Positions 21,596 to 30,388 of a stretch of 64,000 nt of DNA are shown piece after piece. Origin of the DNA: Andalucia godoyi And28 (taxonomy: Eukaryota; Protista; Jakobida). Under the pieces are notes generated by a model. The model was not told the DNA's origin, did not search any database, and saw only the letters and a list, made by a program, of their open reading frames with translations. The stretch lies in contig VRVR01000009.1 of NCBI GenBank assembly GCA_009859145.1, forward strand, positions 1 through 64,000. Direction: 5' to 3'. Every line of letters begins with the position of its first letter. The stretch's first letter is position 1. The position numbers and the translations under genes were made by a program.

Positions 21596-24500
21596 TTAGT
21601 TTGTAGCGGACGGGGTTGATGCACCGGTGACGGACGCTGCTGCATGCAGTGGGTCTTCGGAGGGCTGGCATGCCAACGGAGCAGAGCCGCTCGAGCTGCG
21701 TGAATGGGACTGCGACGAAGAGGCGCTATCCCGAGACACTGTCTGCGATCGTGCTCGCGGAGCAGATGCACGAGGTGTGCCAAATGCAGACGTATTGCTC
21801 GCAACGCTGTACGAGGCCTTCCGCGAGGAAACGGGTTCGGACGACGCAAGCGTCCGAATAAAGGCGGTCAAAAATACTGCTTTTGAGACGCTCCCCGTTT
21901 GGTTCACATCGAGTGCTGAGAGCGCAGCACACAGTTCCGACTCCGATACTCCAATGTCCAGTCCCGAGGCAGAAGAAGCCAACTCCACAAGAGAAACTTC
22001 ACCAGATCCGTCTTTGTCCAGTTTCTGGAACCAATCTAACAACTTGCTGTAGGCTTCTTCGTCGACCGTCACCGCTGCGCCAGTTTTGCGTCTTTCCGAA
22101 TAGCGCCGCCGAGTCACCTCCTCGCCGCCAATCGACTCAAAAAACCGATCCATCGTGTCTGACCCGATGATGAGATCCTTGGAGCGGCGGATGGAAGAGT
22201 CCACTTCCTGTTTCTGCAGAGACTTGCACATCTGCAGCGTATTGTGAAGTTCCTGGACGTGCGGACTCTCAATGATCCACCGCTTTGATCGAAAATCTTC
22301 GAGAACGACGTCCATAAACAGTTGTGATTTGTCCATGTCCACCAATACGTTCGATATCCGGTTGTACGGAACTTCCTTTCGCAGCGAACCATCCTTGACA
22401 TTGAACAGGGAGTCGATGCCAAGGAAAAACGTACGATTCTGTCGTCGCTTTCTGTGGTTCGTCTTCACGACGTCAAACAAGAAACGGTTCGACGATCGCA
22501 AGTGGGCAAGCAGACTGCGCTCATAAATGGTATGCGAAACCTGTTCTCGCTCTCGAAGAGACGTGCAGGAAATGAGAAAAGACGAACCAGGAGACAGTTT
22601 CTGCTTCCTCTGCAGGAAATGATGATCGCCAACAATGGGGAATTGGGAATGAAGCTTGAGCTCAATTTCGTCCTGAGTGACCGACGGTTTGATTTCTTCG
22701 ATAAACGACAGCGGAATGTCCACAACAATATCGTTCTTCTCCGAAAGAAATATAATGGAAAGATGCCCCAACACAACAGACTGGTGCCCAACAAAGGAGT
22801 GGGGCCCCGACGCCGTCAGTTCCCGCAATTGCACAATGGATGAGTAACGGACAAATCTCTTGGAATCTACAGGAAGCTCCAAATCAGAAAGAGAAACAAC
22901 ATCCGACATGGACGTCCACTGCGACACCGAAATGAGCAACTCCTTCTGTTTGGCTTCTGGCATCATCGCAAGAATATCAACGACAGTGGACATGGAATTC
23001 TCCGTGGGATGGACAAAGAAAATTTTCCTCATCAATTCATAATGCTTTTGCGAGAAAACGCGTGTCAAATTCACGATCGCACGATGCATGAGTTCCACAG
23101 TGGAGTCGTTGATGTGCGAGTCCATCCAAGAAACATCACACAATATGATGAACGGCGCGTCAAGGAATTTGAACATTGTCCGAACAACGTGCACTGTAAG
23201 CAGATCAGCGTCGGCAAGCAGCTCTTCATGCAGTCTGCAGAGAACCAGGTAGAACACAGCGGAGCCATCCAACGCAGGTTTTGCTCCACGGAAGAAAAAC
23301 CCAGCACGTTCAAGAGAAGACGTGTCAATAACGTCCGGCGACTTCTCTGCCAGATGTTGGAGGTTGAGATCAACAAGCAAGTCGGATCGTTCGTCTACTA
23401 CGGATCTCGTAGACTTATGGGAACCTGAGGTGCTGTTCTTCCCCGCAGAGCCACTCGATTCACCACTAGCGCTCACGACTGTCACCGTGTCCCCGGTAGC
23501 AGCTACTGTTGCGGAACGGTTGGTGCGAGGCGGCGAGACGCTGCTGGATCGCGCACGAGACACGGACTGCCCTCTCTGTCGTCCGGATTGCTGCTGCTCT
23601 TGAACAAACCGAGGGGACTGCATTGTCGTGCCTGGTGGTGGCCCCAGATCAATGATCATCTTCAAAAAGTCGGCATCCTCCGTGAGAAACGACATGGAAT
23701 TCGAGTTTGAATTCGACATGCGCTCTTCTGAAGACCCCTCTTGCAACTTCATGATAATGTCTGTCGAATACCGATCGAGCATTTTGTGCAAAAAGATCAA
23801 ATCGTCCAAGACGAACTCTTTGGAATGCAGATCCTCAAAGGAAACCGGAACATCAAGATCCGTGAACGGCTCAGTGTCCGGCGTGCCGGGCTTTTGAGGA
23901 TCCTCGCAGACGGCAAGCAGATAATGACGCATCTTCTCTTGATTTCGATTGATGAAATCATTCAACGGAATGAGGTGCGGCTCGCTTTCTTCAAACCGCT
24001 CTCGATTGCACAACTTTTGCAGCACTTTGCAAACAAGTACGAGCGACCGTCTTTGCTCTTGCATGATGACCTGTGATGCCGGAAGAATACCAAACGTCGA
24101 TGGAAGGCTGAGCGCTGGTCCAAAAAATCGCAGCATGATAAATCCCCCAATCAACGAGACGACGGAACACTCCACATGCTTGTCCAAATCAAACAACGTA
24201 CCATACAATTGAATGTAATGCGCGACGGCTCGTAATTCTCGCGGCATTGCACTTAACACATCCTCCCCAACGATTCTATCCAATACATTTTGGCACATCT
24301 CGTCAACAAGTTTGATGTTGCTCTCGAGAACCGCCTCTGGCGACAGCTTCGAAGCTTCCACCTCGAGGGATTTTGGATCTCTTGCCAAAATGTCATCCAC
24401 GCATGATTTGAGAACGAACTTGACATAGCCAAGACCGTGTCTTCTTGAAAAGAGGCCCATCATCTTGGACGCAATAGAATTCACTCGCAAAATAGTCGCG

Positions 24501-24721
24501 GGGTGGCCTGCCTTTTTTCTGAACTCCGAGTCCAGCAGTTCGCGAATAATCAGCAGAGTGCCGCCCACACGGTCTGTCACTCCAAACAGCGCCTGAGACA
24601 GTTTCTCATGTTCACTTGGCTTCGACACGTCTGCAAGGACCTTGCAGTACCGCGGCTCCCTCGACAACCTTTGCACCAGAAACCGATACTTGGACGCAGT
24701 TCCAGATAGCGGAGTCGTCAT
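21596..24721 (-). CDS. RasGAP + Sec14/CRAL-TRIO + PH-like + EF-hand protein (neurofibromin-like core)
   Basis: Arg-finger region TILRVNSIASK and MLRFFGPAL; Sec14-like segment (FIILCD, KIFFVHP); PH-like segments; EF-hand loops DKDGSGEVSLVEL and DVNQTGSVSKAVF. First ATG at 24721 (the ORF-track start is TTG). Confidence 0.8.
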   Translation of the reverse strand: MTTPLSGTASKYRFLVQRLSREPRYCKVLADVSKPSEHEKLSQALFGVTDRVGGTLLIIRELLDSEFRKKAGHPATILRVNSIASKMMGLFSRRHGLGYVKFVLKSCVDDILARDPKSLEVEASKLSPEAVLESNIKLVDEMCQNVLDRIVGEDVLSAMPRELRAVAHYIQLYGTLFDLDKHVECSVVSLIGGFIMLRFFGPALSLPSTFGILPASQVIMQEQRRSLVLVCKVLQKLCNRERFEESEPHLIPLNDFINRNQEKMRHYLLAVCEDPQKPGTPDTEPFTDLDVPVSFEDLHSKEFVLDDLIFLHKMLDRYSTDIIMKLQEGSSEERMSNSNSNSMSFLTEDADFLKMIIDLGPPPGTTMQSPRFVQEQQQSGRQRGQSVSRARSSSVSPPRTNRSATVAATGDTVTVVSASGESSGSAGKNSTSGSHKSTRSVVDERSDLLVDLNLQHLAEKSPDVIDTSSLERAGFFFRGAKPALDGSAVFYLVLCRLHEELLADADLLTVHVVRTMFKFLDAPFIILCDVSWMDSHINDSTVELMHRAIVNLTRVFSQKHYELMRKIFFVHPTENSMSTVVDILAMMPEAKQKELLISVSQWTSMSDVVSLSDLELPVDSKRFVRYSSIVQLRELTASGPHSFVGHQSVVLGHLSIIFLSEKNDIVVDIPLSFIEEIKPSVTQDEIELKLHSQFPIVGDHHFLQRKQKLSPGSSFLISCTSLREREQVSHTIYERSLLAHLRSSNRFLFDVVKTNHRKRRQNRTFFLGIDSLFNVKDGSLRKEVPYNRISNVLVDMDKSQLFMDVVLEDFRSKRWIIESPHVQELHNTLQMCKSLQKQEVDSSIRRSKDLIIGSDTMDRFFESIGGEEVTRRRYSERRKTGAAVTVDEEAYSKLLDWFQKLDKDGSGEVSLVELASSASGLDIGVSESELCAALSALDVNQTGSVSKAVFLTAFIRTLASSEPVSSRKASYSVASNTSAFGTPRASAPRARSQTVSRDSASSSQSHSRSSSGSAPLACQPSEDPLHAAASVTGASTPSATN

Positions 24722-25604
24722 TCCCAGTTGCAGCCAGCAGAGATCAATTCCGAGCCAATCAGGAAAGAGGGGGGAAACCAATAGCAAAGAGAGTCAAAAA
24801 ATAAAAATAAAAAATAAAAAAATAAGAAATTAAAAAAATGCAGGAACGCAGTTATAATACAAAATGCGAAGGCGGGAATGCGAATGAAAATGGTGAAAGA
24901 TGCAAACCAAAACAATGTTAGATATTTTCAATCTTTTTAGAAAAGAGAAGAAAACGAGGTTGACTAAACAAGCAAGCAAGAGCAAAAGCGACAGCGAAAA
25001 GGGAAAAGGAAAGGAAAGGAATTCCCAAAGAAAGACGGAGAAAGAGAAAGAGAAGAAGAAAAGAGAAGAAGAAGAAAAAGAAGAAGAAGAAGAAGAAGGA
25101 AAGGGGTTTTCAAAACATCAACAGCAGTAGCAACAACAACAACAATGAGAAGCGAGAAGAGTTGCCAGAAGGAACGCTGAGAAAGCGGTGAGGGAAGAAG
25201 ATGAGCAAGAAGGTGGAGAGGGAAAGATGAAAGAGGGAGAAAGACAGATGGATAAAACAATTTCCTTTTTCTTTTTAATAAAGAAAAATATTAAGAAATT
25301 GAAGATTGAAATTAACCACAGATATTATTATTTTTTTATTAATAAAAACAAGAAAAGACAAGTATTAAAAATTAAGAGAAGAGTGGGAAAGGTTTCGGAG
25401 CAAGGTAGTTTGTGTCCCGCAGGGAGCAGAGGATTGTGGGGATTGGAGGCCTTATATGGCTGGGGGGGGGGTTTCGGCGGAGAGAGGGAGAGAGAGGAGG
25501 AGGGAGAGAGAGGAGGGGGGGTTTTTACAGCAGCTCGGCAAATACAAAAGGGACGAAGTTGCCGAGAAAGAGAAGAGGATACTGCCTCATGCACAAGGGC
25601 CTCT

Positions 25605-26501
25605 CTACACGGCCTTGACCATCAAGGCTATTCCGATGCAAATGATGCCGACGATCAAGAGTAAAATGCACAACTTCATTCTTGCCTTCTTCTGATAGTC
25701 GGAGGCCTTTGAGAGTTCCTTGACAGCTTCGGTGACCTGAGCAGCCGACTGTTCGAGATTGTAGTCAATGCGATCGAGGATTGAGCCCTGCTCGACGACG
25801 AGAGTTGCCAAGTCCTTGAACATCTCTGCGAGATCCTGAATCGACTGCGCAATCGCCGTGATTTCCGCATCTCGCTCTCGGACAAGCCCTTCGCGGAGAA
25901 TCATCTCTGCAATCTGGTCCTCTGTGAACTTTGGATCATACAGCTTCTGCTCAAGTTCCAACACCGCCTCTGACTTTTCCTCCAGAAGCGTATCATCAAA
26001 CGCGGCAAACCGTTTTCTGCGGTCTTTTTGCATCTTGATCTGCTGCATGTATCCTCTCTGGTCCTTGCGAAAGTCGTTGGAAAGATCCATGACCTGCGCA
26101 GCAAGCGACCGCTGAATGTTCTTTCGCATCTGCTCTTCCTCTGCCGACCGATGGACCCCTTCAACCGGCGGAATACCAATCGATTTGATCTTCGTCTCGC
26201 ATCCTTTGAAGAGCCGCTTGATTTCGCCCGTCACAATCTCGATCTTCTGGGACGCATCTTCATCCCCAGCATCGAACGTCACCGTCAAATGCTCCTTGTG
26301 CAGTTCCTTCAGCTCCTCCATGCGCGACTTGACTCGCTCAACGTCCGTCTTCACATCATCCATCAGATCCATATACATCGGACGAAGCCCAACATCCACC
26401 ACTGCAGACGGTGAAAGAGGCGCAGAAGACCCTCCAAATCGCCGAGATGACAGCGCAGACCGAAGTCGGACAAACTGGTCAGTTCGGTTTCGCGTCGCCA
26501 T
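25605..26501 (-). CDS. STX16: Syntaxin-16/Tlg2 (Qa-SNARE)
   Basis: N-peptide MATRNRTDQFVRLR, SNARE motif LATLVVEQGSILDRIDYN and a C-terminal TM segment. Confidence 0.92.
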   Translation of the reverse strand: MATRNRTDQFVRLRSALSSRRFGGSSAPLSPSAVVDVGLRPMYMDLMDDVKTDVERVKSRMEELKELHKEHLTVTFDAGDEDASQKIEIVTGEIKRLFKGCETKIKSIGIPPVEGVHRSAEEEQMRKNIQRSLAAQVMDLSNDFRKDQRGYMQQIKMQKDRRKRFAAFDDTLLEEKSEAVLELEQKLYDPKFTEDQIAEMILREGLVRERDAEITAIAQSIQDLAEMFKDLATLVVEQGSILDRIDYNLEQSAAQVTEAVKELSKASDYQKKARMKLCILLLIVGIICIGIALMVKAV

Positions 26502-26959
26502 AGTCCCTCTTTCTCAGCCCTCTTCTTCAAAATGCTTTCTGGGAAGAGCAGATACGTACGTGTGTGCAAAGTGTGTCACAAAAAAAAAAAAAAAAAAAAA
26601 AAGAGAACTGGCTGGTATAGATGATGTATGTACGCGTGCACCTGTGTGTATTATATATCTGAACACCCCTGATGCTTCTGCTGAACAATTTTCACCGTGC
26701 AACAAGCAAAATCCTGATTTACAGAGGGAAAGAGAGAGGGGCAAAAAAAATTAATTTAATTAAAATTAAATTAAATAAAGAAAAAGAAAGAGAAAGAGAA
26801 AAAGAAAAGAAAAGAGTGCCAAACCCAGCTCGACAATTGGACGAATACTGTAGAAGAAGAGTTTGAGAGTTGAGCTTTTCGAAAGAGCGCCCGAATCAGA
26901 AAGTGTATCCGAATTTGGGAGTTTCAAAAAGCAGAAAGGACTCGATTTGGTGGCCTTGG

Positions 26960-26999
26960 TGTCACTGTGTCAGCGGACTGACAGGCAGTGACTCTGACA
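26960..26999. promoter_or_regulatory. Cluster of TGTCA/TGACA motifs in the divergent STX16-eIF3f intergenic region
   Basis: TGTCA at 26960 and 26968, TGACA at 26979 and 26995. Similar clusters lie at 28682-28735 and 60656-60673. Regulatory function is inferred. Confidence 0.35.
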
Positions 27000-27220
27000 T
27001 ACCGAGCCGAAAAGTTGCCTACTTTCGCCTTTCTTTTTCAAAAAATGCAAATAAGAAATCCTTCCTCTATCTCGACGCGGGTCTACGTTTCTCTTCTTCT
27101 CTGTCGTCATCGTCGTCGTCGTCGTCGCCGTCTTTTGATTTCATTATCATTTTTAAGTCTCCCTTCTTTTCTTTTTTTTTTTTTTGCTTGCGTTGGTTCA
27201 TATTGTCCACAAAAAAGAAA

Positions 27221-28615
27221 ATGACTACCGACGACTGCACCGCCATCACGCTTGGCCAATCTCCGATTGTTTCTGTCCATCCATTTGTGATTCTTTCTGT
27301 TCTGGATGTGTATGCCCGGCGCATATCGTTCCAAGATCACTGTGTCTTTGGTGCCCTTCTCGGGTCGTTCTCTGCGGGCCGTGTCGAAGTAACACACTCG
27401 TTCGCTATCCATCCTGCAGATCTGGAGACTGGGCCGCGGGCGTTTGACGCTGCGTTGTCTCTTTTTGAGCGCGCCAACGATCGCGAGCAGGTCGTTGGAT
27501 ACTACTGCACAGGCGCCGGGGTGCTTCCAGAGATGTGTGGAACGAACATGTACGCATTCTTTGCCTCGCGCGTCAAGGACCCCATCGTTCTGTTTGTTGA
27601 CGTTGCTAGCTCTGCGTCCAACGCGTCGTCTTCGTCATCCGCTGCCCCCACAACTTCCTCCTCCTCGTCGTCGTCGTCGTCGTCGTCGTCGTCATCGTCG
27701 TCTGCTTCTTCCAATTCCTCCGCTTCGATGTCCACCACGCCCGCTTCCTCAGCGTCGTCGTCTGCTTCGTCAGTCTCCTCTTCCCCAGGAGTCTTTGTCA
27801 GAGCATTCATGACACAGCGAATTGAAATGGGAGACGAAGACGTTGTTGGCTGCAAGGTCACGCAGGTTGCTTGCGAGTACAAGGTTCATGCACTCGAAGC
27901 ACTGGCAACCGATTTTGCTCTCCAAGCATCCAGCAACTGCAATCCGAACAACACCAACAACAGTGGTACTGGAAGCGGTAGTGGGAATGGTGTCGCCGCT
28001 GGACTGGGCGCTGAAGTGTCGTCGTGGATGGACCAAGTTGGAAGACTGTCTACGATCTTGCATGCATCCGCGGTCTATGTGGAGAACATTGTGTCTGGCA
28101 AAGTAGCCGGAGATTCGGCGATTGGAAGACGGATCTTGGATGCAGTTTCTTCGATTCCTCTTTCGTACTCGTCAGGCTCTGGAGAAGCAGCCGAGAGCGC
28201 TGCGTTCGAGCGAGTGTTCTCGCAAATTGTTGTCGACATGCTCATGGTTATGTACCTTGCCCAGATTACCAAGGCACAGGTCGGCTCTGCTGAAAGGCTC
28301 GTTTTGGCTGCGGCAGACAAGATGTCGGGAGACGGCACTCCGTCGGTGTCCTATGGAGGGAATGCACAGTCCTCAGGTGGACAGTCCGCGCCATATGGAC
28401 AAAGGCAATATCGACAGGATCGTCCTTATCACCACCACCATCAGCATTCGCATCACCACTCGCATCATCAGCACCACCAGCATCAGCATCACCATCACCA
28501 GCATCAGCACCAGCATCAGCACCAGCACCAGCAGATGCAATTGAGTCAGATCCCGCCCAACATTGTACCGCCACCTTTGGCCCCCACGCCAGTCCCGACG
28601 GACCGCCATGTTTAG
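27221..28615 (+). CDS. EIF3F: eIF3 subunit F (non-catalytic MPN domain) with Ser-rich insertion and His/Gln-rich tail
   Basis: VHPFVILSVLD, GALLG, VEVTHSF, VVGYY, GRRILDAVSSIP and DMLMVMYLAQITKAQ. First ATG at 27221. Confidence 0.8.
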   Translation: MTTDDCTAITLGQSPIVSVHPFVILSVLDVYARRISFQDHCVFGALLGSFSAGRVEVTHSFAIHPADLETGPRAFDAALSLFERANDREQVVGYYCTGAGVLPEMCGTNMYAFFASRVKDPIVLFVDVASSASNASSSSSAAPTTSSSSSSSSSSSSSSSSASSNSSASMSTTPASSASSSASSVSSSPGVFVRAFMTQRIEMGDEDVVGCKVTQVACEYKVHALEALATDFALQASSNCNPNNTNNSGTGSGSGNGVAAGLGAEVSSWMDQVGRLSTILHASAVYVENIVSGKVAGDSAIGRRILDAVSSIPLSYSSGSGEAAESAAFERVFSQIVVDMLMVMYLAQITKAQVGSAERLVLAAADKMSGDGTPSVSYGGNAQSSGGQSAPYGQRQYRQDRPYHHHHQHSHHHSHHQHHQHQHHHHQHQHQHQHQHQQMQLSQIPPNIVPPPLAPTPVPTDRHV

Positions 28616-28751
28616 ACGATTAATTAAATGAAAGCAAGAATGGGAAGAAGAAAAAAACAACCGTACAGCTCCTTCTTTCCCTGTCACTGCGGTGTCAGAG
28701 CACCCTAGCATCAATTCGAGACGTGTCACTTGTCAGCCTCAACCTCCCCTT

Positions 28752-28784
<33 letters not shown>

Positions 28785-29025
28785 GTCTCTTCTCCTGTTA
28801 TGTCATTCCCCTTCTGAACAAACCCTACGCTCTGTTGCTTTGTGCAGTCAAGAAACACTTCTGAAATAGCCATTTCCTCAATTTCGATCGTCCGATTGGT
28901 TTCGTTTCGTTTTGTTTTTTCTGTTTCCGGATCATATTTGCGTTCTGCATCTGGATTTTTCTTTCTTTTAGCTCTTGAATTTGCTGTTAAAAGGGAAAGA
29001 AGAGAAGAAAAAGAAAAAGAAAAAA

Positions 29026-30042
29026 ATGTTTGTTGCGCGTCGTTTCATGACTTCTTCGGTGCAGCCGGTTCGTGTGGCCGTTACGGGTGCCGCTGGGCAG
29101 ATTGGCTATGCACTTCTTCCGCGCATTGCAGCCGGAGAGATGCTTGGACCGAACCAGCCTGTGATTCTCCATCTTTTGGAGCGTGACGACCCCAAGGCGT
29201 TGGCTGCGTTGGAAGGAGTTGTCATGGAACTTCAGGACTGTGCATTCCCTCTGCTGCGCGGTGTTGTGGCGACGTCGGACATCAACAAGGCGTTTGACTC
29301 GGTCGACTATGCACTCTTGGTTGGAGCAAAACCCAGAGGTCCTGGTATGGAGCGTGCAGATGTTCTCAAGGACAATGCAGCAATCTTCAAGGTCCAGGGT
29401 CGTGCGTTGAACGAGTCTGCCAAGAAGTCCGTCAAGGTCTGTGTTGTTGGAAATCCCGCAAACACGAATGCAATGATCGCCGCCGCCAATGCACCCAACA
29501 TCCCCGCCACCAACTTCACCTCCATGATGCGTCTCGACCACGATCGCGCCATGGCACAGATTGCCCTGAAGCTCGGCGCATCGTCGGTTGCAGACGTCGA
29601 GAAGCTTGTGGTGTGGGGAAACCACTCTGCAACTCAGTATCCTGATCTCTCCAACGCTGTCATCAAGGGCAAGAGCGTTGCAAAGAATGTTGACCAGGAA
29701 TGGGTCCGCAACACTTTCATCCCCACTGTCCAGCAGCGAGGAGCAGCCATCATCAAGGCACGTGGCGTTTCGTCGGCCGCCTCTGCAGCCAATGCAGCAA
29801 TTGCCCATGTTCGCGACTGGGTCCTTGGAACGAACGGACGTATCGTTTCAATGGGAATCCCATCTGATGGCAACCCGTACGGTGTCAAGGAGGGTCTTCT
29901 CTTCGGGTTTCCCGTTACTTGCCAGAACGGCCAGTACAAGATCGTCGAGGGTCTCCAGTGGGATGAGTTCGGAAAGGGCGCCATTGAACGTACCATCAAG
30001 GAGCTCCAGGAAGAGAAGGACGCCGTCAAGCACCTCCTCTAA
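29026..30042 (+). CDS. MDH: Malate dehydrogenase, MDH1/type-2 family, with short presequence-like N terminus
   Basis: [38 protein letters not shown] and [14 protein letters not shown] at 29026. Confidence 0.95.
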   Translation: MFVARRFMTSSVQPVRVAVTGAAGQIGYALLPRIAAGEMLGPNQPVILHLLERDDPKALAALEGVVMELQDCAFPLLRGVVATSDINKAFDSVDYALLVGAKPRGPGMERADVLKDNAAIFKVQGRALNESAKKSVKVCVVGNPANTNAMIAAANAPNIPATNFTSMMRLDHDRAMAQIALKLGASSVADVEKLVVWGNHSATQYPDLSNAVIKGKSVAKNVDQEWVRNTFIPTVQQRGAAIIKARGVSSAASAANAAIAHVRDWVLGTNGRIVSMGIPSDGNPYGVKEGLLFGFPVTCQNGQYKIVEGLQWDEFGKGAIERTIKELQEEKDAVKHLL

Positions 30043-30136
30043 ACTGTGAGTGCCCAATTCTCGGTAGCAAACGTGGTTTCCTTGCGAAGCGGACGTAAAA
30101 TTAATGAAAGAAAATCGAAATCCAGAAGAAGGAACG

Positions 30137-30158
30137 CACACACGCACACACACACACA

Positions 30159-30196
<38 letters not shown>
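30137..30196 (+). repeat. Compound (CA)n(CT)n microsatellite between convergent MDH and ValRS
   Basis: Read directly from the sequence. Confidence 0.9.
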
Positions 30197-30199
<3 letters not shown>

Positions 30200-30388
30200 G
30201 AAACACTGAATATTTTTCCAGCTTCCTCTTTTATTTATTGTATATATGATTAATATTTTAAACTTTTTACGCCACAAGAGATGCAAGTACAAAACAAACA
30301 TGATTCAATCAATCATCACAAAAACAAAACAAAAACAAAAAAAGAACAGAATTTCATCCACAAGACACATCATAGGATCGAACCTTGA

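Noticed and set aside
24788-25604. Lys/Glu- or Phe/Leu-rich ORFs
   Set aside because: Translations of low-complexity purine-rich intergenic DNA.
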